Assembly (NCBI GenBank): GCA_937983075.1
Contig: CALKAQ010000062.1
Location: 41,277 to 105,276 of the forward strand
Reading direction: 5' to 3'
Source of the DNA: an uncultured bacterium
GTDB taxonomy: Bacteria; Bacillota; Limnochordia; DTU080; JAAYLA01
Length of the DNA stretch: 64,000 nucleotides
In this document: in pieces, positions 55,311 to 64,000 of the stretch
Position numbering within the stretch: position 1 is the stretch's first letter
Layout: each line of letters begins with the position of its first letter
Made by a program: the position numbers and the translations under genes
The notes under the pieces: model-generated
What the model saw: the letters and a program-made list of their open reading frames with translations, nothing else
What the model was told of the DNA's origin: nothing
The model's database searches: none

Positions 55311-55514
55311 TCAGCGCTCTCCACCGACTGTCGGGCGAATCAGTCCGAAATACGCCCCAACCGGATCCTGAACAACCGCAAATACGTACTCTCCATCTTC
55401 TTCTCGCACCGCTTTGATCACTTCGCCCCCTTCTTCCTGTACACGCCGCACGCTTTCAGCCAGGTCTCCCACCGTTAAGTAGATGATCCACACCGGCGGT
55501 AAGTCGGCATTCAC
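55311..55514 (-). pseudogene. truncated glyoxalase/VOC-family gene (C-terminal half only)
   Basis: 67 aa (..VWIIYLTVGDLAESVRRVQEEGGEVI.....YVFAVVQDPVGAYFGLI) equals one beta-alpha-beta-beta-beta module of a VOC protein, about half the normal length. No room exists for the other half before the DUF4256 stop at 55548. Confidence 0.5.
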
Positions 55515-55547
55515 ACCCCGCGCATGACATATTGCTGCTGCCGCCCA

Positions 55548-56090
55548 CTAGACTTTCAACAGACCGCGGAAGCCTCGGCTGGCATAGTAGGATTCAGCGC
55601 TGTTGTGGTACACGAAAACCCGGTTGTAACAACGATCACAAAATAGAGCGCCACCAAGCGTGCGGATGCTCTCAGGCGTTTTCACCCAGCTGGAAGTCTT
55701 TCTGTCGAATTCCCCCAGCTTTTGCAATTCCCGATATTGCTCTTCCGTGAGCATTTCAATGCCCATCTCAGCCGCCATTTCCATGGCGCTGCCCTCGGGC
55801 TTGTGTTTTTTTCGCGCCTCGAGCGCGGCACGGTCGTAACAAAGGCTCCGTCGGCCCGCCGGACTTTCTGGAGAACAATCGTAAAAGATGAATGCTCCGG
55901 ACGCTTCATCATAACCAACCACATCGGGTTCGCCGCCGGTTCGTTCCATTGCCGAAAGTGAGCGGAGCTTTTCCGGCTGTGCCTGCAGCCTTGCTTCCAC
56001 CGCGCTCCAGTCGATTCCGGGATGACGATTCATGTTTTTCTCGAAGCGCTCTTTAAGCGTTTTGATCAGCTCTTCATATGCTGCTTCCAT
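55548..56090 (-). CDS. DUF4256 family protein
   Basis: 180 aa. The overall pattern (..MERTGGEPDVVGYD.....FYDCS.ESP.GRRSLCYD..A...RK..KP..SA..MA..MGIE.LTEEQYR.LQ....D.KTSSW..TP..IR.LGGALF.D) matches my recollection of DUF4256. Confidence 0.6.
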   Translation of the reverse strand: MEAAYEELIKTLKERFEKNMNRHPGIDWSAVEARLQAQPEKLRSLSAMERTGGEPDVVGYDEASGAFIFYDCSPESPAGRRSLCYDRAALEARKKHKPEGSAMEMAAEMGIEMLTEEQYRELQKLGEFDRKTSSWVKTPESIRTLGGALFCDRCYNRVFVYHNSAESYYASRGFRGLLKV

Positions 56091-56127
56091 TGGGTTACCC
56101 GCCCTTCCTTACTTATCATTCACTCGA

Positions 56128-57015
56128 TCATCCGCCGTAGCGGCGTAATATGCGATCAACGGCTGGGCCATAAGATTCACCAAAGAGATTCAGATGGACT
56201 AGCAAGTAGTAAAGCTGATATAACGCTTCGCGATCTTGGTGGCCGGGGCGAACCGGAAATTCCTCGTTGTAGGCCCTGTAGAACTCCGGAGGAAAGCCGC
56301 CAAAAAGACGTGACATCGCTAGATCCATTTCACGGTCACCATAGCAGACGGCAGGATCGATGAGAGCAGGTCCGTGACGCGTGGCAAGCCAGTTTCCCCC
56401 CCACAAATCGCCATGGAGGAGCGAAGGTTCAACTTCCGCTTCGTCGATCCATTCCGGCAATCGATCGAGGAGACGGTCTGCAAGTCGGCGCCGGTTCGAT
56501 CCAAAGCGGCCTTTTTGTGCAGCAAGCTCCATTTGCGGCAGCAGTCGAGCTTCACGATAAAAATCAATCCAGCTCGGCTGCCAAGGATTGTTCTGCGGCA
56601 ACATGCCGATGAAATTGTTTTCCTCGAAGCCGTAACGGTCCCGTGTCATCCGATGCAGGTGAGCGAGCCCCCGTCCAAGCTCCGCTCCCTGCTCTCTTTC
56701 GGCGCCAGCCGCCGGTTCAAGCCACTCGAGCAAAATGCCTTCGGCGTCGACGGCAAACACTTCTGGTACGCGCAGTGCCCGGGCTGTTCGCAATTCTTGC
56801 AGTCCGCGTGCTTCCGCTGCGAAGAAATGTTTTGGCGCGTCGAGGCGAATTTTTGCCAGCCAAACTTGGCCATTTGCCGCTTCGAGTCGGAAGACTTGAT
56901 TGATATCGCCGCCGGCTAGCCGAGTCCAACGCAGGTCGTCAAGCGAAGTTGCCTCTGCAGCCTCAGTGAAGAGGCGGCGCACGACCGCCGCCTCCTCCTC
57001 AAAACGGCCAATCAT
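56128..57015 (-). CDS. fructosamine/ketosamine-3-kinase family protein
   Basis: 295 aa with FFAAEARGL and the catalytic LLHGDLWGGNW. Confidence 0.85.
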   Translation of the reverse strand: MIGRFEEEAAVVRRLFTEAAEATSLDDLRWTRLAGGDINQVFRLEAANGQVWLAKIRLDAPKHFFAAEARGLQELRTARALRVPEVFAVDAEGILLEWLEPAAGAEREQGAELGRGLAHLHRMTRDRYGFEENNFIGMLPQNNPWQPSWIDFYREARLLPQMELAAQKGRFGSNRRRLADRLLDRLPEWIDEAEVEPSLLHGDLWGGNWLATRHGPALIDPAVCYGDREMDLAMSRLFGGFPPEFYRAYNEEFPVRPGHQDREALYQLYYLLVHLNLFGESYGPAVDRILRRYGG

Positions 57016-57187
57016 TTTTTCACCTCTTTTGTCCCAGCAAAACCAACCGTCAATTTTGGTGTTCTACGACATGAAAGGCGTGTAGCGCTTCCTCCACAGT
57101 TTCAGCAAAGTAAACATGACGTCCACGGTTGCACTCGCGAATAAAAGCCTTCAAACTATCACCGAGAATGTCTTGAGGCGATTTCCA

Positions 57188-57751
57188 TCAGAACCGCCAA
57201 CCGAACGAAACACCTACATCGCCGGGTGTATCGAACCTGACACCAACATAATGCTGTGTGGACAGCATGTAATTCACGGCAAGGATTGTCATTTCAACCG
57301 GGTTGCCACAAGCCCACACGGTCCGCTCGCTTGCACCTCGAGCGAGCGATACATGCATCGCTCCGAAGTCGGCCCCCAGGCCTACTTGCCAGCGTTGATG
57401 ACAGTAAATGTCAGCCACAAATCCTAATCCCTGTTCGACGAAAAATTCAAACGCCAGCGAATCAGTCAGCGCATACGCTCCCTTGAGGTTGACATTGCCT
57501 TCAAGCGCAATTCCGGATAGATCGATGACAACTCCACGAACGCCAGGGGTCAACGTTAAAGCGCCGAATGAAAGGCTGTAATCGAGCTGGACGGCCCCGT
57601 ACGCGGAGCCGTCGATGCGGCCTCCGCTCAATTCCACTCCCCAGGCCGATGCCGCATGAACCGCACTCACCGAGGTGAATGCCAAAGCAGCGATGAGAAG
57701 AATCCCCATCGTCAAAGCGCCAATTTTTGCTTTTGCGCCATGAATGCTCAT
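57188..57751 (-). CDS. small OMP-like beta-barrel protein with signal peptide
   Basis: 187 aa with a signal peptide (..LLIAALAFTSVSAVHAAS). It shows alternating hydrophobic/polar strands throughout. The C-terminus VGVSFGWRF has a terminal Phe and hydrophobics at positions -2, -4 and -6. Confidence 0.6.
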   Translation of the reverse strand: MSIHGAKAKIGALTMGILLIAALAFTSVSAVHAASAWGVELSGGRIDGSAYGAVQLDYSLSFGALTLTPGVRGVVIDLSGIALEGNVNLKGAYALTDSLAFEFFVEQGLGFVADIYCHQRWQVGLGADFGAMHVSLARGASERTVWACGNPVEMTILAVNYMLSTQHYVGVRFDTPGDVGVSFGWRF

Positions 57752-57862
57752 TTCGCCATTTCCCCTCTTTCGTGATCAGGCACGAAACAACAGCCGATGT
57801 CCTCTCCGCTAGCCATATGTCCACCAATCGCTTCACAAATTCGAAGATGTGTGTCCCAGAAA

Positions 57863-58591
57863 TTACCTTGGATCTTCAAAACCGAATATCTCGCCACGCA
57901 GGTATTTCTGGCGCAATTCTTCGGGAAATTTTTCAATCGCATAACGCAACATCGTGCGCGGCATCCGACGGTAGCGAGGTCGCAAGAACGCTTCCAACAC
58001 GTCTTGATCCCTTTTGCCCACTTCACGCAGCATCCAGCCCACGGCCTTGTGAATGAGATCGTGAGAATCGGCAAGCAGCATGTCTGCCAGACGCAATGTA
58101 TCCTCGAATGCTCCGGCTTTGATGTAGTGAAACGTCGACAAAATCGCAATGCGGCGCTCCCAAACCGACGATGAGCGGGCGAGATCGTACAGCACTGAGC
58201 GGTCCCGATCCACGAGATGACGCCCTACGATATGTTCCGCAGACGTATCGACCAAATCCCAGTTATTGATATAGGCGGTGTGATCCAAATAGAGTCGATA
58301 AATGGCGTCGCGCTTCGCCTCATCCTTGCTCCGATCGTATGCACGAACCAAAATCAGCAACGCCAGCAGCCGCGCTTCATGGTATGGTGAGCGTAGCAAT
58401 GTCCGGCAATCAGCAAGGTCCAGTTCCTCATATTTTTTGGCCAGCCGACGCAAGACGGGAACGCGTATCCCCAAAAAGCGGTCGCCTTCCCCGTACTCGC
58501 CGGGTCCCGTCTTGAAAAAGCGCGCCGAATGCGCAGCAATTTCCTCGTTCGCGAGAGCGTGAAGTTCTCTCTCGATTTCGGTTTCGGGCAT
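57863..58591 (-). CDS. DNA alkylation repair protein (AlkD-like HEAT-repeat glycosylase family)
   Basis: 242 aa with ..FFKTGPGEYGEGDRFLGIRVP.LR..AK......L..S...E.R.LA......INNWDLVD......KA.GWMLRE, typical of the family. Confidence 0.75.
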   Translation of the reverse strand: MPETEIERELHALANEEIAAHSARFFKTGPGEYGEGDRFLGIRVPVLRRLAKKYEELDLADCRTLLRSPYHEARLLALLILVRAYDRSKDEAKRDAIYRLYLDHTAYINNWDLVDTSAEHIVGRHLVDRDRSVLYDLARSSSVWERRIAILSTFHYIKAGAFEDTLRLADMLLADSHDLIHKAVGWMLREVGKRDQDVLEAFLRPRYRRMPRTMLRYAIEKFPEELRQKYLRGEIFGFEDPR

Positions 58592-58610
58592 CGGGTCACC
58601 TCTGTCGAAT

Positions 58611-59231
58611 TCATTTCATACGCTCAACGCAAGCCGCAATGGCCTCTACAGGCGGAGCGACTCGGCTGTGGAACGTCGCCGTGCGAATGTCCATGATCCG
58701 CCATCCTTGCGATTCCGCAAATCGTGACCGCAGCTCGTCCTCAGTGACTTTCCTGGGGACGTTCTCCGCTGCAAATTCCACCGCGAACTCATGCAGATAA
58801 TACCGCCCGCCCACGACCAACGCTTTGGCGAGATCTGCAACGAAAGCGTCGGTTTCCTCTTCATCGAGCAAATGAAGAAATCCTGAATCGACAATCGCCC
58901 TGAAATGCGTGCCGATGAGCGAAGGCTGCTTGGCGTCCGCAACCTCAAATCGCAGCAAATGAGCCACATCCGGGGGCAAATGTTCGCGCTTTCCCTTGGC
59001 TTCGGCGATTGCCGCCTCGACAAAATCAATCCCGATCACTTCATGCCCAAGTTTCGCCAGATAAATTGCCAGATCGCCGGAACCGCATCCGACATCCAAA
59101 ATGGGCCCTTGCGGCGGAAAATCTTCCAGGAGGGCCACCATCGCCGGTTGGGGCTGGCCAATGTCCCAAGGTGCCTTTTCACGGTACACCGAGTCAAAAA
59201 AAGCATGAGGATCGGGGCCAAACCTGCCCAT
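58611..59231 (-). CDS. class I SAM-dependent methyltransferase
   Basis: 206 aa with ILDVGCGSGDLAIYLA (motif I) and VIGIDF (motif II). Confidence 0.8.
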   Translation of the reverse strand: MGRFGPDPHAFFDSVYREKAPWDIGQPQPAMVALLEDFPPQGPILDVGCGSGDLAIYLAKLGHEVIGIDFVEAAIAEAKGKREHLPPDVAHLLRFEVADAKQPSLIGTHFRAIVDSGFLHLLDEEETDAFVADLAKALVVGGRYYLHEFAVEFAAENVPRKVTEDELRSRFAESQGWRIMDIRTATFHSRVAPPVEAIAACVERMK

Positions 59232-59365
59232 ACAACTTAACCTCCTTGTGCCACATCAGACGTATCCACGTCAACAAGGAAAACCATGCTGCGCGTGATT
59301 TTCTTAGACTCCGGAGTTCTCTTCATGCATCCACACTTCCTTTCACGCCGCACCACTTGCGGAAA

Positions 59366-59405
59366 GAAAAAGCAAAAGGCCGCTCATGCCAAACGAGCGG
59401 CCCTT
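59366..59405 (-). terminator. rho-independent terminator after the FMN reductase gene
   Basis: On the minus strand: AAGGGCCGCTC-(9 nt)-GAGCGGCCTT followed by TTGCTTTTTCTTT, 22 nt downstream of the stop. Confidence 0.7.
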
Positions 59406-59427
59406 GGATTACACGGTTTGCAGTTGG

Positions 59428-60012
59428 TTAGACCGTGGTTAAGCTCTTTTCACGGGCTTCTTTCAGCGCTGCGGCCCACCAGGCCAATTCATCCAGCATC
59501 TTGGTGACGAGAGGCGGCAGGTAATCCAGATCTTCCAAAGCCTTGTTGCCCTGGAGGGCCTCCATGAAGTCGCCGCCTTGAATATGCACTGAAGCCGTGA
59601 TCGGCGCCATCTGCATGTTGGCGACGATCAAGCGCAGCTGTTCGATGGCACGCGCTGCTCCTACCGCACCGTAGCCCACGAAAGCAACGGGTTTTCTCAC
59701 CCATTCTACGTACGCATAGTCGAGCGCGTTCTTCAGCACGGCTGGCGGTGCATGGTTGTACTCCGGCGTGATGATCACGTAGCCGTCAAATTCCGCGATC
59801 TTTTTCTGCCAACGCACGCCTTCTTCGTTTTGCGTCGGCGCAGCAATGTTGGATGCGACCTCATTGAAAAACGGCAGTTTATAGTCGCGGAGATCAAGCA
59901 GTTCAAATGTCATGTCCTCGCGTTGCTTCGCAAGCTCCATGAACCATTTGGCCGGCTTGTCGGCGAATCGTGTCTCACGGGTAGAACCCAATATCACGCC
60001 AATCTTCAGCAT
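59428..60012 (-). CDS. NAD(P)H-dependent FMN reductase family oxidoreductase
   Basis: Start at ATG 60012 (SD GAAGGAGAA 6 nt upstream) gives MLKIGVILGSTRE... with ..IITPEYNH..P..LKNALD.. typical of FMN_red. Confidence 0.82.
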   Translation of the reverse strand: MLKIGVILGSTRETRFADKPAKWFMELAKQREDMTFELLDLRDYKLPFFNEVASNIAAPTQNEEGVRWQKKIAEFDGYVIITPEYNHAPPAVLKNALDYAYVEWVRKPVAFVGYGAVGAARAIEQLRLIVANMQMAPITASVHIQGGDFMEALQGNKALEDLDYLPPLVTKMLDELAWWAAALKEAREKSLTTV

Positions 60013-60152
60013 GAGCGATTCTCCTTCTAGCTGCACTGCTTATTGCAGAGTTGTCATGTGCTATTATAGGGGTATGTTGTCCAATCCGGCTAGTACGCAC
60101 ATTAAGGTGTTTTAGTTTCCCCGAGGATACTCAATCAAGTGAGGTGATCGCG

Positions 60153-60509
60153 ATGACTCCGGATCCTTCACGCTGCCAAGTCAACGCCGCACTCGAAGCG
60201 ATCGTGGGAAAATGGAAAACCTCGATCCTGCTGAATCTTCTTTTTAACGGCACGATGCGCTTCAGCGAGCTCAAAGCCGCGATCCCCGGCATCACCCAAA
60301 AAATGCTGACGTCAAGCCTGCGTGAGCTCGAAATGCAAGATCTCATACAGCGGGTCGTCTACCCCCAAGTTCCCCCGAAGGTCGAATATTCGTTGACCGA
60401 ACACGGACTTACATTAGTCCCTATTCTCAAACAACTGCACGATTGGGGCAGCCAACATATCAAACATTTGGAAGCCAAACAAGAAAATGAATGGGCAACC
60501 GGCTCATGA
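60153..60509 (+). CDS. HxlR-family transcriptional regulator
   Basis: Start at ATG 60153 (SD GAGGTGA 6 nt upstream). It carries C.V..ALE.IVGKWKT.ILL.L...GTMRFSELK..IPGITQKMLT..LRELE..DLI.R.VY.QVPPKVEYSLTE.G. It is divergent from the reductase gene, a classic HxlR pairing. Confidence 0.88.
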   Translation: MTPDPSRCQVNAALEAIVGKWKTSILLNLLFNGTMRFSELKAAIPGITQKMLTSSLRELEMQDLIQRVVYPQVPPKVEYSLTEHGLTLVPILKQLHDWGSQHIKHLEAKQENEWATGS

Positions 60510-60628
60510 CATCGCCGGAATTGCCGTAAAAGAGGGTTCTTCGCTCCGGGGTCAAATTCGAATGATGTTCTCCGAACCGTACCCGGTACAGCTCAGGAGG
60601 CAATATCCGAATAGGAGGGCCTGCTCGA

Positions 60629-61459
60629 ATGTCCGAATGGTTAATTGAGAAGGAGAGTGACAGCCTCGATATCCGTCACCGCATTCTCAACGTCGTTTAC
60701 GAAGAGCAATCGGAATTTCAACACATTGCTGTTGTGGACACGGTCGATTTCGGCCGCATTCTCGTCCTCGACGGAGTGATCCAAACGACGCTGCGAGACG
60801 AGTTTATTTATCATGAAATGTTGGCTCACGTGCCCTTGTTTACGCATCGTTCTCCGCGCCGTGTGCTTGTCATCGGCGGCGGGGACGGTGGAACGGTCCG
60901 AGAAGCTCTTAAGCATCCGGAAGTGGAAAAGGTCGATTTGGTGGAGATCGACGGGCGAGTCATCGAAGTATCGCGCAAGTATCTTCCTGAGCTAGCCTCT
61001 GCATTCGACGATCCTCGAGTGACCGTTTACGTTGAAGACGGTGCGAAGTTTGTGGCTCGATCGGCGGGTCAATACGATGCGATTCTCATTGACGCTCCCG
61101 ATCCTGTAGGTCCTGCCGAGGCCATTTTCAGCGACACGTTTTATGCCGATGTGCGCAAAGCACTCCGACCCGGCGGGGTGATGTCCGCACAAACCGAGTC
61201 GCCGTTTATGCAAGGCGATTTGGTGGCCGCCATTTACCGCCGCATCGGAAGTGCATTTGAGACACAGCGTCTCTATTTGGCTCAAGTGCCGACGTATTCA
61301 CTCGGACTTTGGAGCTTCACTCTGGCAACGGTTGATCCCGAACTGCTTGATCTCCCGCCGCGTACGTCTGAGCACGTGACCACACGCTACTACACACCGG
61401 AGATCCACAAGGCAGCGTTTGCACAGCCGAAATTCGTTCAGGATCTTCTTGCGAAATGA
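60629..61459 (+). CDS. speE: spermidine synthase
   Basis: 276 aa with YHEML.H and VLVIGGGDGGTVRE, plus DLVEID and DAILIDAPDPVGPA. Confidence 0.92.
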   Translation: MSEWLIEKESDSLDIRHRILNVVYEEQSEFQHIAVVDTVDFGRILVLDGVIQTTLRDEFIYHEMLAHVPLFTHRSPRRVLVIGGGDGGTVREALKHPEVEKVDLVEIDGRVIEVSRKYLPELASAFDDPRVTVYVEDGAKFVARSAGQYDAILIDAPDPVGPAEAIFSDTFYADVRKALRPGGVMSAQTESPFMQGDLVAAIYRRIGSAFETQRLYLAQVPTYSLGLWSFTLATVDPELLDLPPRTSEHVTTRYYTPEIHKAAFAQPKFVQDLLAK

Positions 61460-61462
61460 GTC

Positions 61463-61510
61463 AAAAAAACCCTAAGCAGTTTGTCTCCGCTTCACAGTGG
61501 AGACAACTGC
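61463..61510 (-). terminator. hairpin with T-tract (minus-strand sense), between speE and the membrane protein gene
   Basis: On the minus strand: CAGTTGTCTCCAC-TGTGAAGC-GGAGACAAACTG, then CTTAGGGTTTTTTT. It lies about 80 nt downstream of the 61591 stop and abuts the speE stop. Confidence 0.45.
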
Positions 61511-61590
61511 CAGGGTCCGTATGAAGAAGCATCCCGGATCGAAAGGTTTGCGGTGGAATCCCCCCAACTTGTCATATTTGTTGACGTCGC

Positions 61591-62106
61591 TTATTTCCTT
61601 ATCATCGCCATGGATTCCGATTGCCGCAACGCGTAGTTTCTTCGGCTCTGTAAGAACGCCTTGACCGCAGTAAATATGACCACAGCCGAAAGCAACTGCA
61701 GAATATTGTGCTGGAGGTCTGGTGTGACGACCCTCCCGCTGATCGCCGGCAGAATTTTCATCGTTGCATCGTAGCCATGTTCAATGAACCAGTCGGTATT
61801 CCCCTTACCGAAAAGATACGGTATGTACCACTGCCTAAATTGAAGTGAAAGCCATACGATGGAAATAACAAGGGCCGCAAAGGTAAGCAAAGGCCGCCGC
61901 GTGAGGACCAATCCAATAAAAATGACAAACTGAGTCCACCCCGCCAAAGTACTCGGCCATAAAGGCCCCGCTTCGGCTAAATTATTTAACGGATACAAAT
62001 CTACATGATTCGACACTGTAAAATAAAGCAACATCAACAACGCGCTCCCGACCGCTACCGAAGCCCAATCAAGACTTGACTTCTCAGCCAGTCCGCGCTT
62101 TTGCAT
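61591..62106 (-). CDS. hypothetical integral membrane protein (4-5 TM)
   Basis: Start at ATG 62106 gives MQKRGLAEKSSLDWASVAVGSALLMLLYF.. followed by further hydrophobic helices. The track ORF start at 62271 overlaps the rhodanese gene. Confidence 0.6.
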   Translation of the reverse strand: MQKRGLAEKSSLDWASVAVGSALLMLLYFTVSNHVDLYPLNNLAEAGPLWPSTLAGWTQFVIFIGLVLTRRPLLTFAALVISIVWLSLQFRQWYIPYLFGKGNTDWFIEHGYDATMKILPAISGRVVTPDLQHNILQLLSAVVIFTAVKAFLQSRRNYALRQSESMAMIRK

Positions 62107-62158
62107 ATTCCAATTCCCCTTTCCCATATTCGTGAAGCGTTTCAACGTTTTCGGCCGA

Positions 62159-63055
62159 TTACGATTCCGCCCCCACAGCCACCGGATTGTCCGGATGCGA
62201 ACACCATTCGCTCCAGCCGCCAACATACAGCTTGACGCCGGACACGCCTGCACGCTCCAACGCCAGCACATTCAAGCAGCCCGTTACGCCCGATCCACAA
62301 TGTACGATGACTCCCTCCTTGTTATCCATGATCGACGCAAAACGCTGCGCGAGCGCATGGGTATCGAGCATCAAACCGTCAGGCCCTACATTGCCTTGCC
62401 AAGGTAAATTCACCGCCCCCGGGATGTGACCTGCTACCGGATCCAACGGTTCCACCTCGCCGCGGTAGCGCTCCGGCGCCCGAGAATCGATGATGATCCC
62501 TCGGCGAGCGGCCGAGGCGCTGCGCACCTCGTCCATCGTTGCCAACATGTGTGGCTGCAAGCGCGGAACGAACGTCCGTGGCACGGGCTGAGGCACCTCA
62601 GCCGCGACCGGCTTTCCGGCCGCACGCCACGCCGTGTACCCACCGTCCAAGAGCGTTGCGCGTTGATGTCCAAGATAGCGCAGCATCCACCAGAGCCGAC
62701 CGGCCATCCCGCCTTTCTGATCGTCATAACAAACAACGGTGACCCCATCGCCAATGCCGGCTGCGCCGAACAAAGCCACCATATGCTCCACGGTCGGCAA
62801 CGGATGGCGACCTCCCATGGACATGGGGTCTGCATGCGATGCAGTCGCCGGCCGCGACAAATCGCGCTCCAAGTCGAAATAAATCGCCCCCGGGATGTGA
62901 TCGCGTTCATAGGCCTTTCGGCCGGCTTCGGCATCCGCCAAGTCAAATCGGCAGTCCGCAATCACGATGTCCGGTCGGCCAAGGCGCTCCGCCACCCACT
63001 CTACACTGACGATGCTGTCGAAATGATCTGGATGAGTTTCGTTCATGTCGCACAC
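62159..63055 (-). CDS. tandem-rhodanese sulfurtransferase (3-mercaptopyruvate sulfurtransferase type)
   Basis: 298 aa with two rhodanese domains. The active-site loop HCGSGVTG (CGSGVT) is typical of the SseA/3-MST type rather than the CRKGVT thiosulfate type. Confidence 0.85.
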   Translation of the reverse strand: MCDMNETHPDHFDSIVSVEWVAERLGRPDIVIADCRFDLADAEAGRKAYERDHIPGAIYFDLERDLSRPATASHADPMSMGGRHPLPTVEHMVALFGAAGIGDGVTVVCYDDQKGGMAGRLWWMLRYLGHQRATLLDGGYTAWRAAGKPVAAEVPQPVPRTFVPRLQPHMLATMDEVRSASAARRGIIIDSRAPERYRGEVEPLDPVAGHIPGAVNLPWQGNVGPDGLMLDTHALAQRFASIMDNKEGVIVHCGSGVTGCLNVLALERAGVSGVKLYVGGWSEWCSHPDNPVAVGAES

Positions 63056-63191
63056 TCCTCCGTGTCAACGAATAGTACTGCAAACCGCATAGAAGTTCCT
63101 TGAAAAACAAACCGCGCTGCGTGAGCGGCGGTTCATATGCTCTCCCCGCCTCCCACCGCAGCGCGGCTCCGTGCACGTACCTTACGGCACG

Positions 63192-63539
63192 TTATGCGTC
63201 ATCGTCGTCCTTGTCGAGTTTCGCCTTGATTTTGTCCACGAGATCGGGCACGGTGTCGATGAGCCTGTCGATGGCGCCTCCCGTACCCGTTTGAATAAAC
63301 TTCACATCGCCGTCTTTGATGACGAGCATGCCGGCCACCTTCATGCGAGCGCCACCGCCGCCACCCGTGCCCGAAGCCTGCTGATTCTTCTTGCCGTCGT
63401 CACCCGTCCCGGCTCCAAAACCAAAGGTCACATTCACAATGGGAATCATTTTGATCCCGTCGATCTCAATGACGTCGCCGATGACCGTTTTCGTGCTCAT
63501 GCCTTCAATGACCTTGTTGATAATCATATCGACATTCAT
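63192..63539 (-). CDS. gerW: sporulation/germination protein GerW (YtfJ)
   Basis: 115 aa with ..VIGDVIEIDGIKMIPIVNVTFGFGAG.G........GGGGGARMKVAGMLVIKDGDVKF, the YtfJ/GerW family pattern. Confidence 0.85.
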   Translation of the reverse strand: MNVDMIINKVIEGMSTKTVIGDVIEIDGIKMIPIVNVTFGFGAGTGDDGKKNQQASGTGGGGGARMKVAGMLVIKDGDVKFIQTGTGGAIDRLIDTVPDLVDKIKAKLDKDDDDA

Positions 63540-63581
63540 GCTGTCAACCTCCCATGTTCGGCTAATCTCACATGTGCGTTT

Positions 63582-64000
63582 TCAATGCACTCTGGAGAAA
63601 CGGCTTTTCATACGAGACCACCAAATGCGCCGTACGCCGCGTCGCAGCAACGTGCGAATCATCACGACAACCGCCTGAACGGGATATATGCTCAGTCGTA
63701 CGTGCAGCCAACCTTCGAGCCTCGCTTCGGTGAAGTCGGGGGTGAGCTTGAGCTGCGGAGGCAGCGGTCGTATCGCTTTCAGGGCTTCGCACCACCCGGT
63801 CATCGCCGGATCTGCAAATCCGTAGACGATATCACCTTGAGCTTCGAAGCGAGGCACCCGCCAAAGCTGGGCAATGCACCACCGTATTTCGGGCAGAAGC
63901 CCCTTCACATCCGCCCACGACGTTTTCGGGCCGCTTCTCGCCTTGGCTTTGCGGTGCCGTTCCACCGCCCCCCGCCCCTTGCGCTCGCGAGCCGGCTGGC
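63582..64000 (-). CDS. DUF2953 (YtfI-like) protein, N-terminus outside window
   Basis: The frame stays open upstream of the track start (63965) to the window edge. The position upstream of ytfJ matches Bacillus ytfI-ytfJ. The family call rests mostly on synteny. Confidence 0.5.
   Translation of the reverse strand, partial: QPARERKGRGAVERHRKAKARSGPKTSWADVKGLLPEIRWCIAQLWRVPRFEAQGDIVYGFADPAMTGWCEALKAIRPLPPQLKLTPDFTEARLEGWLHVRLSIYPVQAVVVMIRTLLRRGVRRIWWSRMKSRFSRVH

Noticed and set aside
55097-55417. A 106-aa plus-strand ORF spans the TIR upstream spacer.
   Set aside because: It lies opposite the SD-preceded micro-ORF and the VOC fragment. It has a low-complexity Pro/Ser-rich translation and no SD.
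52910-56090. I considered whether the TIR gene belongs to a Thoeris, CBASS, Pycsar or SPARTA-type operon with its neighbours (NTF2-like, P-loop kinase, DUF4256).
   Set aside because: No SIR2/Macro-SLOG (ThsA), cyclase, STING, Argonaute or effector-like partner is recognisable. The neighbours look like unrelated small enzymes, and the kinase is separated by a 330-bp gap. Only the single-gene hypothesis is retained.
1-64000. I scanned the whole window for CRISPR arrays, rRNA genes, IS elements or transposases, and prophage blocks.
   Set aside because: By eye there are no regularly spaced direct repeats and no rRNA-like segments. No transposase, terminase or capsid-like ORFs appear in the track. 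Only the small local repeats reported above were found.

Overview
This 64 kb chromosomal segment appears to come from an endospore-forming Bacillota (Firmicutes) genome of moderately high GC. That call rests on spo0A, ylbJ, remA, gerW/ytfJ and Bacillus-like synteny. Bases 1-39 kb are almost entirely minus-strand housekeeping genes in the conserved order: fabF-acpP-fabG-fabD-fabH-plsX-fapR, rpmF-yceD, the ylb cluster (patatin-like, ylbJ, coaD, rsmD), recG-degV-yloV, rpmB (plus strand), rpe-rsgA-prkC-prpC-rlmN, rsmB-fmt-def-priA, and rpoZ-gmk-remA-yicC plus a P-type ATPase. This backbone departs from the Bacillus order in three places. A fused SEDS-class B PBP gene sits between the PP2C phosphatase and the PASTA kinase. 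An actinobacterial-type mIHF gene sits next to remA. spo0A, a tRNA-Pro and an integrase-fragment ORF are wedged between rlmN and rsmB. Bases 39-64 kb are more accessory: an ABC-2 exporter, a Rof-like protein, methyltransferases, a two-component system with secreted proteins, a DASS/TrkA-C transporter, small enzymes, an OMP-like beta-barrel, speE, a rhodanese, and gerW. The best candidate for something new is an orphan TIR-domain protein (54179-55039) with an unassignable C-terminal domain. It lies in an AT-rich islet flanked by gene debris and has none of the known TIR-system partners nearby. I found no CRISPR array, rRNA, transposase or prophage. All calls come from reading the sequence and the ORF track; no database search was possible.
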